Source: the human T2T-CHM13v2.0 reference genome, Homo sapiens. From it: a stretch of DNA of 64,000 nucleotides. The stretch lies in assembly GCF_009914755.1 (NCBI RefSeq), contig NC_060941.1. The stretch is one strand, 5' to 3'. Positions 1 through 15,390 of this stretch are shown here, in pieces. Each line of letters starts with the position of its first letter. Position 1 is the first letter of the stretch. The notes beneath the pieces were generated by a model. The model made no database searches. It saw only the letters and a program-made list of their open reading frames with translations, and was not told the origin of the DNA. Made by a program: the position numbers and the translations under genes.

Positions 1-603
1 ACTAGAATTCAGGAGCCTGAGAGGCCAGGATGCCAATCTCTGTAACCTCAGGACAGAGGCCTAGGGGCAGGGGGGCCTGAGTGACAGGCCAGGGGAAATG
101 GGGGGCTGTGTGACAGGCCAGGGACAATGGGGGGCTGTAGCCATACTAGCCATACACGGGCTGAGGCCCAGGGTGTCCCCTGGCCGCTGTCCTCTGCATA
201 GGCCCTGAGGCCAGGGACTCCTCCCACCTTGTTCTGGGCACTGGGGGCTCAGCTCAGGCCTGTTCCAGCCCCACTTTGATGCCCAGGAAGTCCCAGGATG
301 AAATCACAGGGACAGAAGCCGGGGCTACGGCTAAGACCCTTTGACATGGAAATGCTGATTCGGTGGCTCAGGGGCTTCCCACCCAGCTCCCTCGGGAGGC
401 CTAGGCCAGGGCGTCAGGGTGGGGTGCCCGAGCCTGTTCTCCCTGCCGGAGGGCCGGTGTCCAGGGGCCATTGTCCAGGCCAGGGCTCACCCGAAAGGCC
501 TGGAGCCTCACACGCTTTCAGGTAGGAAGTGTCCTCGGGAGCCTGGGTGGCCCCTGCAGTTGTTTTGGGAAGGTTTTGCTCTGATTTTTTCCTGCATAGC
601 TGA

Positions 604-1332
<729 letters not shown>

Positions 1333-1448
1333 AGCACGGGGTCTTTCTTTATTTCCCAGGTGGGTCTTGAACTCTTGGGCTCAGGTGGTCCTCTTGCCTC
1401 GGCCTCTCAAAGTGCTGGGATTACAGGCGTCAGACACTGCGCCTGGCC
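1333..1448 (-). mobile_element. FLAM/AluJ left monomer directly abutting the AluY
   Basis: ggtcttgaactcttgggctcaggtggtcctcttgcctcggcctctcaaagtgctgggattacaggcgtcagacactgcgcctggcc. Confidence 0.8.
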
Positions 1449-4034
1449 ACATTTTTTATGTGTGTGATTCACAACAGGGGTTTAGGGAAGGGAAGAGATA
1501 GCAAAAAGAAAAGTTCTCGTCTCAGTCAGTACCCCTGCCCCAACAAAAACCCCAACCAAAAAGCCTCACAGTAATTATCTCCAGCAATTTCCACCCTTTC
1601 TCCCTAAGAAATTTGAGTTGGGTGGTGGGTGGGAGGGCTTGTGCTCCCCCAGAAGCACTGAGGGAGAGGGAGGTGCCAGCGTCCACCCTTTGTGTTAGGT
1701 TTAAGCAAGTGCTGTCTCTGGTGCGTGGGGCCAGGGCCGGATGTCGTCGAAACACCGGAGCAGCCCAGGACTCGTCGCAGAGGGGAGCAGGGTGTATCTT
1801 ACAGGGGCCGATGGTGCAGTCAAACCTCAGGGTCTACGGTTTTTATGGTTGCCTCGAGTCTCGTCCAGGCTGGGTTGTCTTGGAACCGGGTCTCCTGTCC
1901 AGTGTTTGCACGGTGTCATTAAAAATCACAAAACGTATGGAAGTGGTGGGTAAAGACTTTTCAACTTTGGTGATTTTGTTCTTCCCAATGGTGGAGAGAG
2001 CTTGCAGGGTCAGGAGCTGCGTGATGAGCTTGCTAGAAGTCCATGGGTGAAAACAGCCCTTGTGTGGCTCCCGGGTACGGCTGGCCGACCTGCCTAAAGC
2101 CAGGCATGGACCCGAGGTGCCCACACTGCTTGGAGCTGGTGGCACAGGGCCCGGTGTCCCTTGGAGAATCAGATCTGCCTCCATGGACTCACACCTCCTG
2201 TGTAAGTGGCGGGTTGTGTGCGTGGGGTGGTGGGACACCTGGCAGGTGGCAGAGGCGGCATCCCAGGGGGTGACTGACTTGCGATTTTTCTTCTGAGTGG
2301 GCACCCAGCCTCCTTCGATGCCCTCGGTGGGGAGAGTGAGGGGCACGAGCTTGGCCCTGGTGCTCAGACGCTTCTCGGTTCACTCCGGGGCCGCACCCTC
2401 AGGCCGCTCCATCTTGGACAAGTCTCTTGGCCTCGCTGGGCCCTGCGCTGTGCAGCCTCTGCCCTTTCCTCTCCAGGTTCCTGTTTCAAAGCATCTCTCT
2501 GAGGGGCTGGGGTGCCACAGGGGCCACCATATGGGAGGGCGGTAGCCTCACAGGAGCCAGCAGTGGGGCCATTGGGGCCTGGCTATGGGCAGCTAGGTGG
2601 CAGGAGGGGCTGAGGGGTCTCTGTGGTTGGGTCTGAGGTGAGGCAGGTTTGAGTTGGGCGGGACTGGAGGGGAGGGGAGGCGACGCGGGGCCCATGGAGG
2701 TGGACTTGGTCCACCGTCACCCCACACCTTCCTCCAGCACATCCTTCCCGTGGGTGGAGTCACAGCCCTGAGCTTCCTCTCCCTGCAGCCCTGTGGGGGA
2801 ATCTGTTCTGTGCTCAGGGGACGGTGCCTGGTCCTGGGGGCTGGGCAGAGCTCGGAGGGGCCTGCCCCGGCAGCTTTGGTGGCTCGGGTGCTGCAGAGGC
2901 CGGCAAGGGCTTCGGCTCCGAGCTTCGGTGAGATTGAGGCCAGCGGTGCAGCTTGCAGGACGCTGAGGTGCTGTGAGCCCTGGAGGCCGACTCCAGACTC
3001 TGGCCAGCATCCTGGCAGCTGGGTGACCACAGGCTGTCTCTACAGCAGCCACCACTCCCGACACCACTCTCGGGTCCTCCTGGTATCGAGGGACCTGCTC
3101 GGGGTTGCCGTGGAGCTCGGAGCTGCAGGGTGGCTGAGGCCGGAGGCTTAAGACCCCAGTGTCAGGAGTAAATTAAAGGCGGGTGAAGGATGAGCGTGGA
3201 TTGTGGGGGCAGCCAGGAGCCCAGGACCTCGAGGCCTCGTGGGGCCGGGCGGCTTTGCTGGCCTCCTGCAGCTGACAGGCGCCCTGGTGGGCAAACACTG
3301 AGAAATCGTGATGGGCGTAGAGATGACTGACCAGAACGTGCAGGAAGGAGGTGCTGAGCCTGAGGAAAGGCTCGGACGGGCAAACCGCAGGAGAGCTGGC
3401 CCAGCTCAACTCCAGTCCCACTGCAGCCGGGAGTCCTGGGGTGTCCCACGCTGACACCGGGGAGGGAGTCGTCCAGAAAGCAGCACCCACTCAACTGGAG
3501 AGGAGTCTTTCTCCACACATGAGCTGGGGGTGGCCACCGGCCCTGTCGTCCTCAGAGACTCATGGCCCGTCCGCCCAGCCACACATCCCTCTGTCCAGCG
3601 TGCTCGGGCAGCAGGCACTGTCGCTGGAGTGTCATGGCCACCCCAGGGCTTAATTTGGAGGTGCCAGATTTGATGGTCATCAGCCTGGGTAGGATTGAGG
3701 GCTTGTCCCAGACAGTCAGGAGACAAGCTGGGAGAACATCACTGGAGACAGATAATAAAGGCACTGACAAGCCCTGCGTCGACATGAGGTGCTGTCTGGA
3801 AAAGGCTGAGCCTGGTGGGGAATGGGTCCCCTGGAACGCGGGCCTGGACTTGGAGGACAGACGTAAAGCATTTGAAGGTCTCAGGGTGACGTTGAAGGGG
3901 CAGCAAAGAGAAACTGAAGACTGAGCTTTCAGAAGCTAGCTCACCAAACAGGGAGGCCAGGTCCGGTTGCCCCGCAGGCAGTGGCAGATCCCAGCTTTTC
4001 GTGTTTTGTCCTAGTGCCCAAGGTCTAGGAGATG

Positions 4035-4163
4035 GTTTTATTTTATTTTTAGTTTTTGAAAAATAGAGATGGGGTCTATGTTGCCCAGGCTGGTGTGGAA
4101 CTCGTGGCCTCAGCGGATCCTCCTGCCTTGGCCTCCCGCAGTGCTGAGCCACCAGGCCTAGCT
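4035..4163 (-). mobile_element. FLAM/AluJ monomer fragment
   Basis: T-rich tail then tagagatggggtctatgttgcccaggctggtgtggaactcgtggcctcagcggatcctcctgccttggcctccc. Confidence 0.8.
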
Positions 4164-4844
4164 GATTCTGTAAGCCACGCAGGTGAATAATTCTGCAGCT
4201 CACAGCGTGGGTGGTTGTCTCTCCGGCAACCTGACCCGCAAAGGACACAACCGCAGGAGAGAGGTCAAGAGGCCCCTGCCTGCGGGTGTTAGGAGGTGTC
4301 ATCTTAACATCCATGTTCATGGAAGACGTGTGCCTTCAATGGAAACTGTCCGTCGTCTGGGTCAAAGTTGGCTACAAAAACCTTCTGGGGGCTTCCTGGT
4401 CGGAGTCAACGTTTACCATATAGAATGCGGGCTTCTGGGCATAAGGACAGCCTAGAAATCTCTCTGTTATATAGACATTTTCCTTTTTAGAATTTGACCT
4501 TGATGTGCAAAGGAAATAAGTATACTATTGAGGTATTATTATTTGGTCCACAGTTTTGGAAGCCTCCCATGTGTGCACTGTGGTCGGGGTTGTGTGTATG
4601 ACACACCCGCTTGGCCCCCAAAGAGCTTGCCGTCTGCTTCCTCATTACCGTACACCAAACAAAGGCCTTGGACATATTGCTGTACGTGTTCTATGTGCAC
4701 ATAAACTTGGAACTGAACACAACCAAACAGGTTGCTTACCTGCAGGACTGTCAGAAACTTTAATGAGCAAATGTTCATTGTGCATCTCCTTAGGCAACAG
4801 GGACCTTGGGCTGGGACAGGCTGTGGGGTCTTGGATACCTGGCA

Positions 4845-5292
4845 TGATGGTTTAAAGTATATCTGCTACTTTGACAGCCCTCCTTCCAAAAGGTAGAGCC
4901 CGGTTCCTCTCCCCTGAACGCGGGCTGTGCCTCCGGACCTGCCTTTAGTGAGTAGGATATGGTGGGAGTGATGCTCTGAGACTCCCCAGGTGAGGTCAGA
5001 AAAGGATGGCTTCTGCCTGGTGCACTCTCTTGTCATTCACTTTGGGGGAGCAGCTGCCCTGTTGCAGGGCCTGTAAGCAGCCTGTGAGGCTCACCCTGTG
5101 GGGAACTGAAGCCTCCCCAGCCTTGAGAGGGGGCTACCGTCGACCTACCTCTCGACTGCAACCTCACAGCAGACCCCAAACAGGCTCAGCTGAGCAGCGC
5201 CAAACCCCTGAGCCAAAGACCTTGAGGATAATCAACGTTCACTGTTGTGGGAGTCACTAAGTGTTGTTCTGTGGCCGTAGCTAGCTCATGAA
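4845..5292 (+). mobile_element. MLT1-family (ERVL-MaLR) solo LTR, degenerate
   Basis: Resembles MLT1 consensus: ttcctctcccctgaacgcgggctg...aggatatggtgggagtgatgctctgagactc...ctgcaacctca...gaggataatcaacgttcactgttgt...cactaagtgttg. Confidence 0.65.
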
Positions 5293-6268
5293 CCTGGCAT
5301 GGAGGTTGGGTTCCGTTCTGGTGGATGTGGGGAGGCCTGGGAGGTTACTGTGTGGGGAGGAGACGCAATGAACAGCCAGTGAAGCCTCAGAGATGCCCCT
5401 GCAGTAGCTAGAGTGTGAGGGGTGTAAGATAGTGGGAACGGAGGGGCTGGGAGAGCTCCCGGGGAAGAATTTCCCACATCCAGGACGTCTCTTCCTCACT
5501 CACGTGCCCAGGCCGTGCCGGGAGAGGTGCTTTGTGAAGCTTGGGTCCGGGAGAGCCGGGGCTCCAGGAGGGATTAGCTCTGCTCGTCTAAACTATTAAC
5601 ATGTCTGCCTGTGAGAAAGTGGTGCTTGCACCTAAGAACAAAGCGCCTTCCCCTGTGCTTGCATAGCGACCCCCCCCATTGCAGTATATTTGATATAAAA
5701 GCATGTTCTTTGTGTTTATGCTTAATCATTTTATTATTTTACTAAAGAATCCTGAAAAAGTTGTTGTTCTGTGCAGGTGTGGCCGCAAGACTGGCAGCAG
5801 AAAGGCACTTTTGTAAGAAGAGGGATGGGAGAAGCACAGAGGTGGACCTGGAAAAGTCAAAGGGAAGCTGTGGGTGGAAGCTCCGGATGGCTGACCCCGA
5901 GTTCCAGCTCAAAGAACAGAGATGGGTGGGGTGGGAAACACAGCGGAAAGAGCGGCCCGTGAACGAGGGTCCTCGGCAGCAGGACCGCCCTCCTCACGGA
6001 CAGATGGCAAGTGCTGGGGAGGCGGGGGAGGAACCAGCCTGTCACCACCGGCGGGAACGTGGGCGGGCGCAGCCACTGCAAAACAGCCGGTCACTCCTCA
6101 GATAACAGGCGCGGACTTCCCACACGACCCAGCAATCCACGCCTAGATGTAGCCAAAGAGAAGCAGAAACACGTCCCCCGTAACACGTGTACCTGGTGTT
6201 ATTCATAACAGCGAAAAAGTGGAAACAGCCCCAAGTTCATCAACAGACAAGAAAATGTGGTACATCTA

Positions 6269-7945
<1,677 letters not shown>

Positions 7946-8238
7946 CTAATGTATGGGGTTTCCTTTTTGTGTAATGAAAACATTCTAAAATTAGAGAGTC
8001 ATACAACCTTGGGAATGTACAAAAGACCACCGGATTCTACACTTTAAATGGTTGATTTTTGTAGTACAGGCATTTTTTCCTCAATGAAGCTGTTTGAAAA
8101 AGAAAAAGGGAAAGAGAGGAAGAGAGAGAGGTGCCAGTTGGGGAGGAAAAGAGGAAGAGGAACCTTGTAGAGCAGAGTGCAGGTAGAACTGCAACTGAAA
8201 ACAGGAACCTGCGGTGCAAACGGCACAGCGTGCACCGT

Positions 8239-8396
8239 GCTGCCTGTGCGCTCCCCTGTGCGCTCCCCTGTGCGCTGCCCTGTGCGCTGCCCTGTGCGCT
8301 CCCCTGTGCGCTCCCCTGTGCGCTGCCCTGTGCGCTTCCCTGTGGGCTGCCTGGTGCTGCCCTGTGTGCTCCCCTGTGTGCTGCCCTGTGCCCTGC
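8239..8396 (+). repeat. 12-bp minisatellite GCT(C/G)CCCTGTGC, about 13 copies
   Basis: gctcccctgtgc/gctgccctgtgc tandem; gives the CALP repeat in the ORF track. Confidence 0.93.
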
Positions 8397-8590
8397 AGGT
8401 GAGCCGTCGTGGCTGGAAGCAATTTCACTTTCGTGTGTCAGGACAGAGGAAAAGACGAATTTTGCATGAAGCGCAGGTCTGGGGCTTTTCCTCCCAGTTG
8501 GTAAAAAGGAGCTGACAGAGAGGCTGCGTGTTGGTGTGAGTGTGTGTTGCAGGCATTTTGTCTAACCAGAATGATGAGGGTGCATCAAGG

Positions 8591-9429
8591 CTGTCCCGGA
8601 GAGTCCAGATCGTAGATTATTTTGGACCCGCTGTCCCGGAGAGCCCAGATCGTAGATTATTTTGGATCCCGTGTCCCGGAGAGCCCAGGTGGTAGATTAT
8701 TTTGGATCCCGTGTCCCGGAGAGTCCAGATCGTAGATTATTTTGGACCCGCTGTCCCGGAGAGCCCAGATCGTAGATTATTTTGGACCCGCTGTCCCGGA
8801 GAGCCCAGATAGTAGATTATTTTGGATCCCGTGTCCCGGAGAGTCCAGATCGTAGATTATTTTGGATCCCGTGTCCCGGAGAGTCCAGATCGTAGATTAT
8901 TTTGGATCCCGTGTCCCGGAGAGCCCAGATCGTAGATTATTTTGGACCCGCTGTCCCGGAGAGTCCAGATCGTAGATTATTTTGGACCTGCTGTCCCGGA
9001 GAGCCCAGATCGTAGATTATCTTGGATCCCGTGTCCCGGAGAGCCCAGATCGTAGATTATTTTGGACCCGCTGTCCCGGAGAGTCCAGATCGTAGATTAT
9101 TTTGGACCTGCTGTCCCGGAGAGCCCAGATGGTAGATTATTTTGGATCCCGTGTCCCGGAGAGCCCAGGTGGTAGATTATTTTGGACCTGCTGTCCCGGA
9201 GAGCCCAGATCGTAGATTATTTTGGACCCGCTGTCCCGGAGAGCCCAGGTGGTAGATTATTTTGGATCCCGTGTCCCGGAGAGTCCAGGTCGTAGATTAT
9301 TTTGGATCCCGTGTCCCGGAGAGTCCAGGTCGTAGATTATTTTGGATCCCGTGTCCCGGAGAGCCCAGATCGTAGATTATTTTGGATCCTGTGTCCCGGA
9401 GAGTCCAGATCGTAGATTATTTTGGATCC
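8591..9429 (+). repeat. 40-bp VNTR, 21 copies
   Basis: Unit ctgtcccggagagcccagatcgtagattattttggacccg; keeps exact 40-bp register throughout. Confidence 0.97.
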
Positions 9430-10597
9430 AGAAGAGGAGGAGTTCTGCTTTCTGAATTTGTATGGCCTGCTCCACAAATGAAACAAGAAAAACTCCTGAA
9501 AACTGGCAGCCTATCTTTCCTGTAAGAAAGTGGTGTTGGGAGGCCAGGAAAATTACCTTTGTTTTGTCTGAGGAGAGGGGATGGCAGCAGGACGGAGGCT
9601 TCATGTCTGGTGGTGACCAAAAGCACATTTTCAAAGTGGGAAATATACTAATTAGTGGAGGAATAAGCAAAGGAGAGAAGCGTAGGCTCCTCCCAACGAG
9701 CCACTCGTCAGAGAGCCGGAACCTTGTCTCTATCAAGCTGTCCAGGGAAGACGTGTTTGGCCCCCAGGGCTGCAGTGCACCCACCCCACACACACTGGTG
9801 CTTGAAGGGTCAAGCTAGAGCAAATCAGAGAATCGGGGGGTCCCTGTTGGTGGACCCAGGAGTGGGAAGAACGCGGCTACCCGAAGTCTTGGCACCAACA
9901 GGGAGAGAACAGTCACCACTAAGTGGAGGCATTGTGCGTGGCGGTGGGATTGTGAGAATTGTACCATGGAGTTGTTTTTGGTTTTTAGAAAACTTCCAGG
10001 AGCTCAGAAACAGAGCACAGAGCTCATGACTCGGGGCAAGCTCGGAGCACAACGTGAGGACCACTTGATCAGGGTTCGGAGACCAGGACCCAGTGCCGTG
10101 AGGGCTTCGGGTCCCCCAGCTGCAGGTTCAGTGCCAAGTTCAGGGCACTGAAGCCAGGGCCACAGGAGGAGCCGCCGGAGCATATGCAGAAGGAAGAGGA
10201 AGGAGGAGCTGGAGAACATGATGCTGCTAACCCCAGATGAAAGCGTGTTTGCAGGAACCAGGTGGGAACTCCTGGAGACGGCAGGGGAACCAGGTGGAGG
10301 GCGGCTGCTCAGTTGTATCTGTACATGAGACTTCAATCAGCGCCTTCGCTAGCCCATTCATTCACCTGGCATTTATAGAACGCTGCTGGTGTACAGGGTG
10401 AACACAACAGCCAAACATCTTGGTTCCTCCTCAGAGATGGCCGGCCCAGAGCCTGGACATCTGACTCACCAATACTCTAGTCCGTCAAAAGGACACACAC
10501 CAAAGGGGAAGGGACCTGCTGGCCACAGGTGGGGCTGAAATGGGTTGAAATGTGTTACACAACTCACATCTCATGGGTTCATAACTATCCCCCCCGC

Positions 10598-10660
10598 AAA
10601 AAAAAAAAGCAAAAAAAAAAGCAAAAAATGAAAAGAACAAAAACAAAAAAGAAGAAAAAG
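10598..10660 (+). repeat. A-rich low-complexity tract
   Basis: aaaaaaaaaaagcaaaaaaaaaagcaaaaaatgaaaagaacaaaaacaaaaaagaagaaaaag. Confidence 0.8.
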
Positions 10661-11136
10661 CTGGAAACCAGAGAGAATGATGCCAGGAACCAACTCATTC
10701 TCCTGAAAATGCGTCAGCGAAGGCAACAAGTGCTCCTCCTGCCTTTCCCGGACGCATTGTGACCAACCAGAAAGTTCTCATGGAAAACCCGGCTAACGGA
10801 TGCGAGAGGAGTGTGGTAAGATTCGCTGTGGACAGTCCAGGACCGAGTGCTGGCGTCGACACCAAGAGCTCCTTGAAGGACACGCTGGGAAGCACACAGC
10901 CCTGTGAATTCACTCCTGCCGAGAAACGAAGCTTATGTTGCCAACCTCTGGGTCTGTCCCAGGGTCCCAGGAAGTACCGGCTCAGAGGAGCATATGCGGG
11001 TGGCACCGGGGGGCGCAGCCTGCAGTGCTGGAGGGAGGGATTCCACAGGGCAAACACCCAGCTCCTTCAGCAGATCAAAAGGGAGAAGAGTGGTAACAAC
11101 TAATTGGAGAATTCTGGATATTGACTGTTTATTTGA

Positions 11137-11693
<557 letters not shown>

Positions 11694-12284
11694 CACAAAT
11701 GTATCAACATTGAGGCCCTTGTGGAGCCTACAGGCTGATGAACCTGTACGTGTGTGAGACGATGAAACGAACGAGAAGACGGCCTAATGTGGTGCAGAAG
11801 AAACGCTGTGAGGAAGCTGGGGAGGAGCGTGGGGGCTGTGATGTTAGAGGGGTGGCCTCACTGAGAAAGCACAGCACACGCTTTAGGGGTGGGGTTCCAG
11901 CCAAGAAGCCGCACAGCAGAGGCCATGGCTGGGACTGGAGCTGCTATGGCCCAAGGGGAATGGGGAGGAGGCCCCCCAGCCCTGGTTGGTGCTGGGAGAC
12001 TGTGGACCAGGTGGGTTGGACATGGAGCCCCTGGAGGGCTCGGGCAGCCGTGGCACCATCTGGGGGCTTGTTGGGGGCACAGGGAGACCTGTTGACCGGG
12101 CCCCGCCAGGGACCAGGCAGAGCTTATGCTGCTGGGCTGGGGCTGGCCTTGGAGAGCTTGTGTGTGTGGAGCAAGCCTGTGCCTCAGTCCGTTCAAAGGA
12201 GCCCGAGAAAGAGGAGCATCCCCCGGATGGGGCCCATGAAGCTCCTCCCTGGGAAGCAGCCTGAGGGCACCCCTGGCCCAGGGG

Positions 12285-13050
12285 CTGAGTCCTGACGGCG
12301 TCTGCAACCTCTGGGCTGTGGTCTCCCTGAGCCCTGATGGCATCTGCAACCTCTGGGCTGTGGTCTCCCCAGTCCTGACGGCGTCTGCATCCTCTGGGCT
12401 GTGGTCTCCCTGAGTCCTGACGGCGTCTGCAACCTCTGGGCTGTGGTCTCCCTGAGTCCTGATGGCGTCTGCAACCTCTGGGCTGTGGTCTCCCTGAGTC
12501 CTGATGGCGTCTGCAACCTCTGGGCTGTGGTCTCCCTGAGTCCTGATGGCGTCTGCAACCTCTGGGCTGTGGTCTCCGGGAGCCTTGACGGCATCTGCAA
12601 CCTCTGGGCTGTGGTCTCCCTGAGCCCTGATGGCGTCTGCAACCTCTGGGCTGTGGTCTCCCTGAGTCCTGATGGCGTCTGCAACCTCTGGGCTGTGGTC
12701 TCCGGGAGCCTTGACGGTGTCTGCAACCTCTGGGCTGTGGTCTCCCTGAGTCCTGACAGCGTCTGCAACCTCTGGGCTGTGGTCTCCCCAGTCCTGACGG
12801 TGTCTGCATCCTCTGGGCTGTGGTCTCCCTGAGTCCTGACGGCGTCTGCAACCTCTGGGCTGTGGTCTCCGGGAGCCCTGACGGCGTCTGCAACCTCTGG
12901 GCTGTGGTCTCTGGGAGCCCTGACGGCATCTGCAACCTCTGGGCTGTGGTCTCCGGGAGCCCTGACGGCATCTGCAACCTCTGGGCTGTGGTCTCCCTGA
13001 GCCCTGACGGCATCTGCAACCTCTGGGCTGTGGTCTCCCCGAGCCCTGGC
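12285..13050 (+). repeat. 42-bp VNTR, about 18 copies
   Basis: Unit ctgagtcctgacggcgtctgcaacctctgggctgtggtctcc; two 41-bp variant units. Confidence 0.97.
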
Positions 13051-15390
13051 AACCCCTATCCCTCTCCGCTCTCCTTCGGGCACACAGCCCGGCATCTCTG
13101 CTCTCCAAGGGCTCGTAGTGCCTGAAGCCGACACTCTCTCTCCTGCACACACACAGGTCGATGCCTTCTTGTTCCCAGTGCTTCAGAACAGAGCTGGCAG
13201 CGGCTGCGGCAGGAGCAGCTCCCACTGACAGGCTCCTGCAGCCTCCTTCCCACCTGCACAGGAAAAAAGCCCGCATCCATTCTGTAAGGAGCTAGAGCAG
13301 CTCTTTGGCATCCTGTACAGGCCTTGGAATGCTTCAGGGAAAAAAGATGATTCCGCATCAGAATGGCTGTGGTCAGACTTGCTGGCAGAAGCCTCCCCCA
13401 GGCTCTTGACATGTGGCTTCTGGTCCCTTTTCCTGCCACACCCCTGGGTTCCGCGCAGACCTGGGTCCTTGAAGAACTGAAATTCTAGCTCAACCTCGGC
13501 AACTCTGTAGCCATTCGCTGGAAATTTCCTAAGAGAATAAATTGCAACACAGTGCGGCGGATGGGCTGTGTGGGTTTATTTTTACCACGCGCTTAGTGCT
13601 ATAAAGACGTCACCTTAAATCAGGAGCGTGCAGGCGTCAGTAGGAAATATGTGCATGTGGCAGGTGACGCAGGCCACACCCTCGCCCTCGAACCCCTGGC
13701 TTCCTGCACCTGCAGCGGGTGGAGCCCAGCTTGACTCCAGCCCTGACGATGGACCTGGGTGCAGAGGGGACCCCTGGTGACCTGCAAGGTCCGACCTTCT
13801 GTCCCTTCATGCAGGGAACATGTGGGGCTGTCACTCCTGAGGGAAGCTCTGAGTCTGTTTCTCTGGGGATTTGCCAGGGGAGAAGGTCATCCACCTGTCG
13901 GCTGGTAAGACAGGGTTCCCTGCATGTGATGACAACTTCCTTTCAAAGCCAGCAGCTTGCACAGCGTTTGCTCAGGTTCTCTGAACGGATTACCATTCAT
14001 TCACCCTGCACCCCTGCTCCACTGAATGCTGGGGGCAGCAGAGGCAGCTCTGGCCATTGGGGCAGCCGCACGACTGTGGGGGGCAGTCAGGACCGGGAAG
14101 CCTTGGGCAGTGTAGGGTGCCGTGACCAGGGAGGGTCTGCTTCTTGCAACAGCCCCTTTCCCTTTGCACAGAAAATAATCTGAGGACAAGAACAGTGGCG
14201 TGGCTGGAATGGCTGGGGCTGCTCAGGGCCTCTGTTGTTCAGCTGGGCTTGCACCTGAGGCTGACCCCTGGTCTCTGAGACAAGCTGATGGCCATCAGAT
14301 GCCACAACCCCTGTCTGGACAGGCCCCGAGGACGTGTGTCACCGCAAGGAGCTCAAAGAGGATGGTGGAGTGTCTGGGTCAGAGGTCAGGACCCACCTTG
14401 CATCAGCGGGCTTGGGTTTAGTCATTTACCTAGGAGGTTGAGGGTCATCCTGGCTTAAGTCCAGGGCATAGCACAGCAAAATCTACCCTTTGGGAGTTCA
14501 TAAAGAACATGCATAGTTCTGGCCTCGTGGCGGTCGCCAGCTCTCCCAGGGCCCTGCTCTTCTCTGAGTGACCACTGCCCTCTGGTCTGGTGGACGCCTG
14601 GGCATCTGTTTCTATGAAACAACCTGTTTGTTTCTGTGTTTCAAATATTTGTGTTTATTATGGAAGAGACATTATTTTTTCATGGAATTCTGAAGACTGT
14701 CATTTTTGAAGGATAAGCAGGTTTTGGACAATTTGCAATTCTTACAACTGTCTGTAAATTTACATTACTGTTATAAATGAGAAGACCCTTCTGATATTCA
14801 GACACCTTGTTAAATACTGGCTCGTCATTGATGCGTGCAGCCCAGTGTGGGCTTTGTGGGGGTTTGAAGTGTGTGTGGTTTGTAGCACACGGACATTCCC
14901 CTCCCAACGCAGAGGCATCTTTGGCACGAGCTTCAACCGTAAATCCAGAAACAAGCTTGCTGGCTTTGGACTTCATGGGCCGGTTAAGTAACCCCCCATA
15001 GCTGAGGACTGATTTAAATGTACTTTTAATTTTGTCCAACAATAAAAAAAAAAATAAAGCAAGCAATAGCAGACATCGTCACTTATGGGAAGTGCCTGGG
15101 GACGACAGAGTCGGCCTGAAGGATGCTGCTCTCAGAGGCAGGCAATGGCCCCTCCGGGCACAGACGCTTTGGACTCTGCCTGTCTCCCTGAGCAGCAGCA
15201 GCCGTGACCATGTCCCTGTGTGTGGCCCTTGGTCCTGTGCATGTTCAGACCACAGCCCACAGCTGTCCTCGCGACCCCAGGCAGACACTGACCACAGGAC
15301 ACTGAGAGGTTCAATGCAAGGCAGGCACCACAGCACGAGGGGCTGAGTGCAAGAGCTCAGGCCGTCCTCTCCGAGAGCCCCACGCTGGAA

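Noticed and set aside
8591-9429. CRISPR-like regular array of about 40 bp
   Set aside because: Units are head-to-tail with no unique spacers, there are no cas genes, and the context is primate DNA.
10598-10660. A-rich tract as the tail of a processed pseudogene
   Set aside because: No upstream polyadenylation signal, TSD or recognisable coding sequence.
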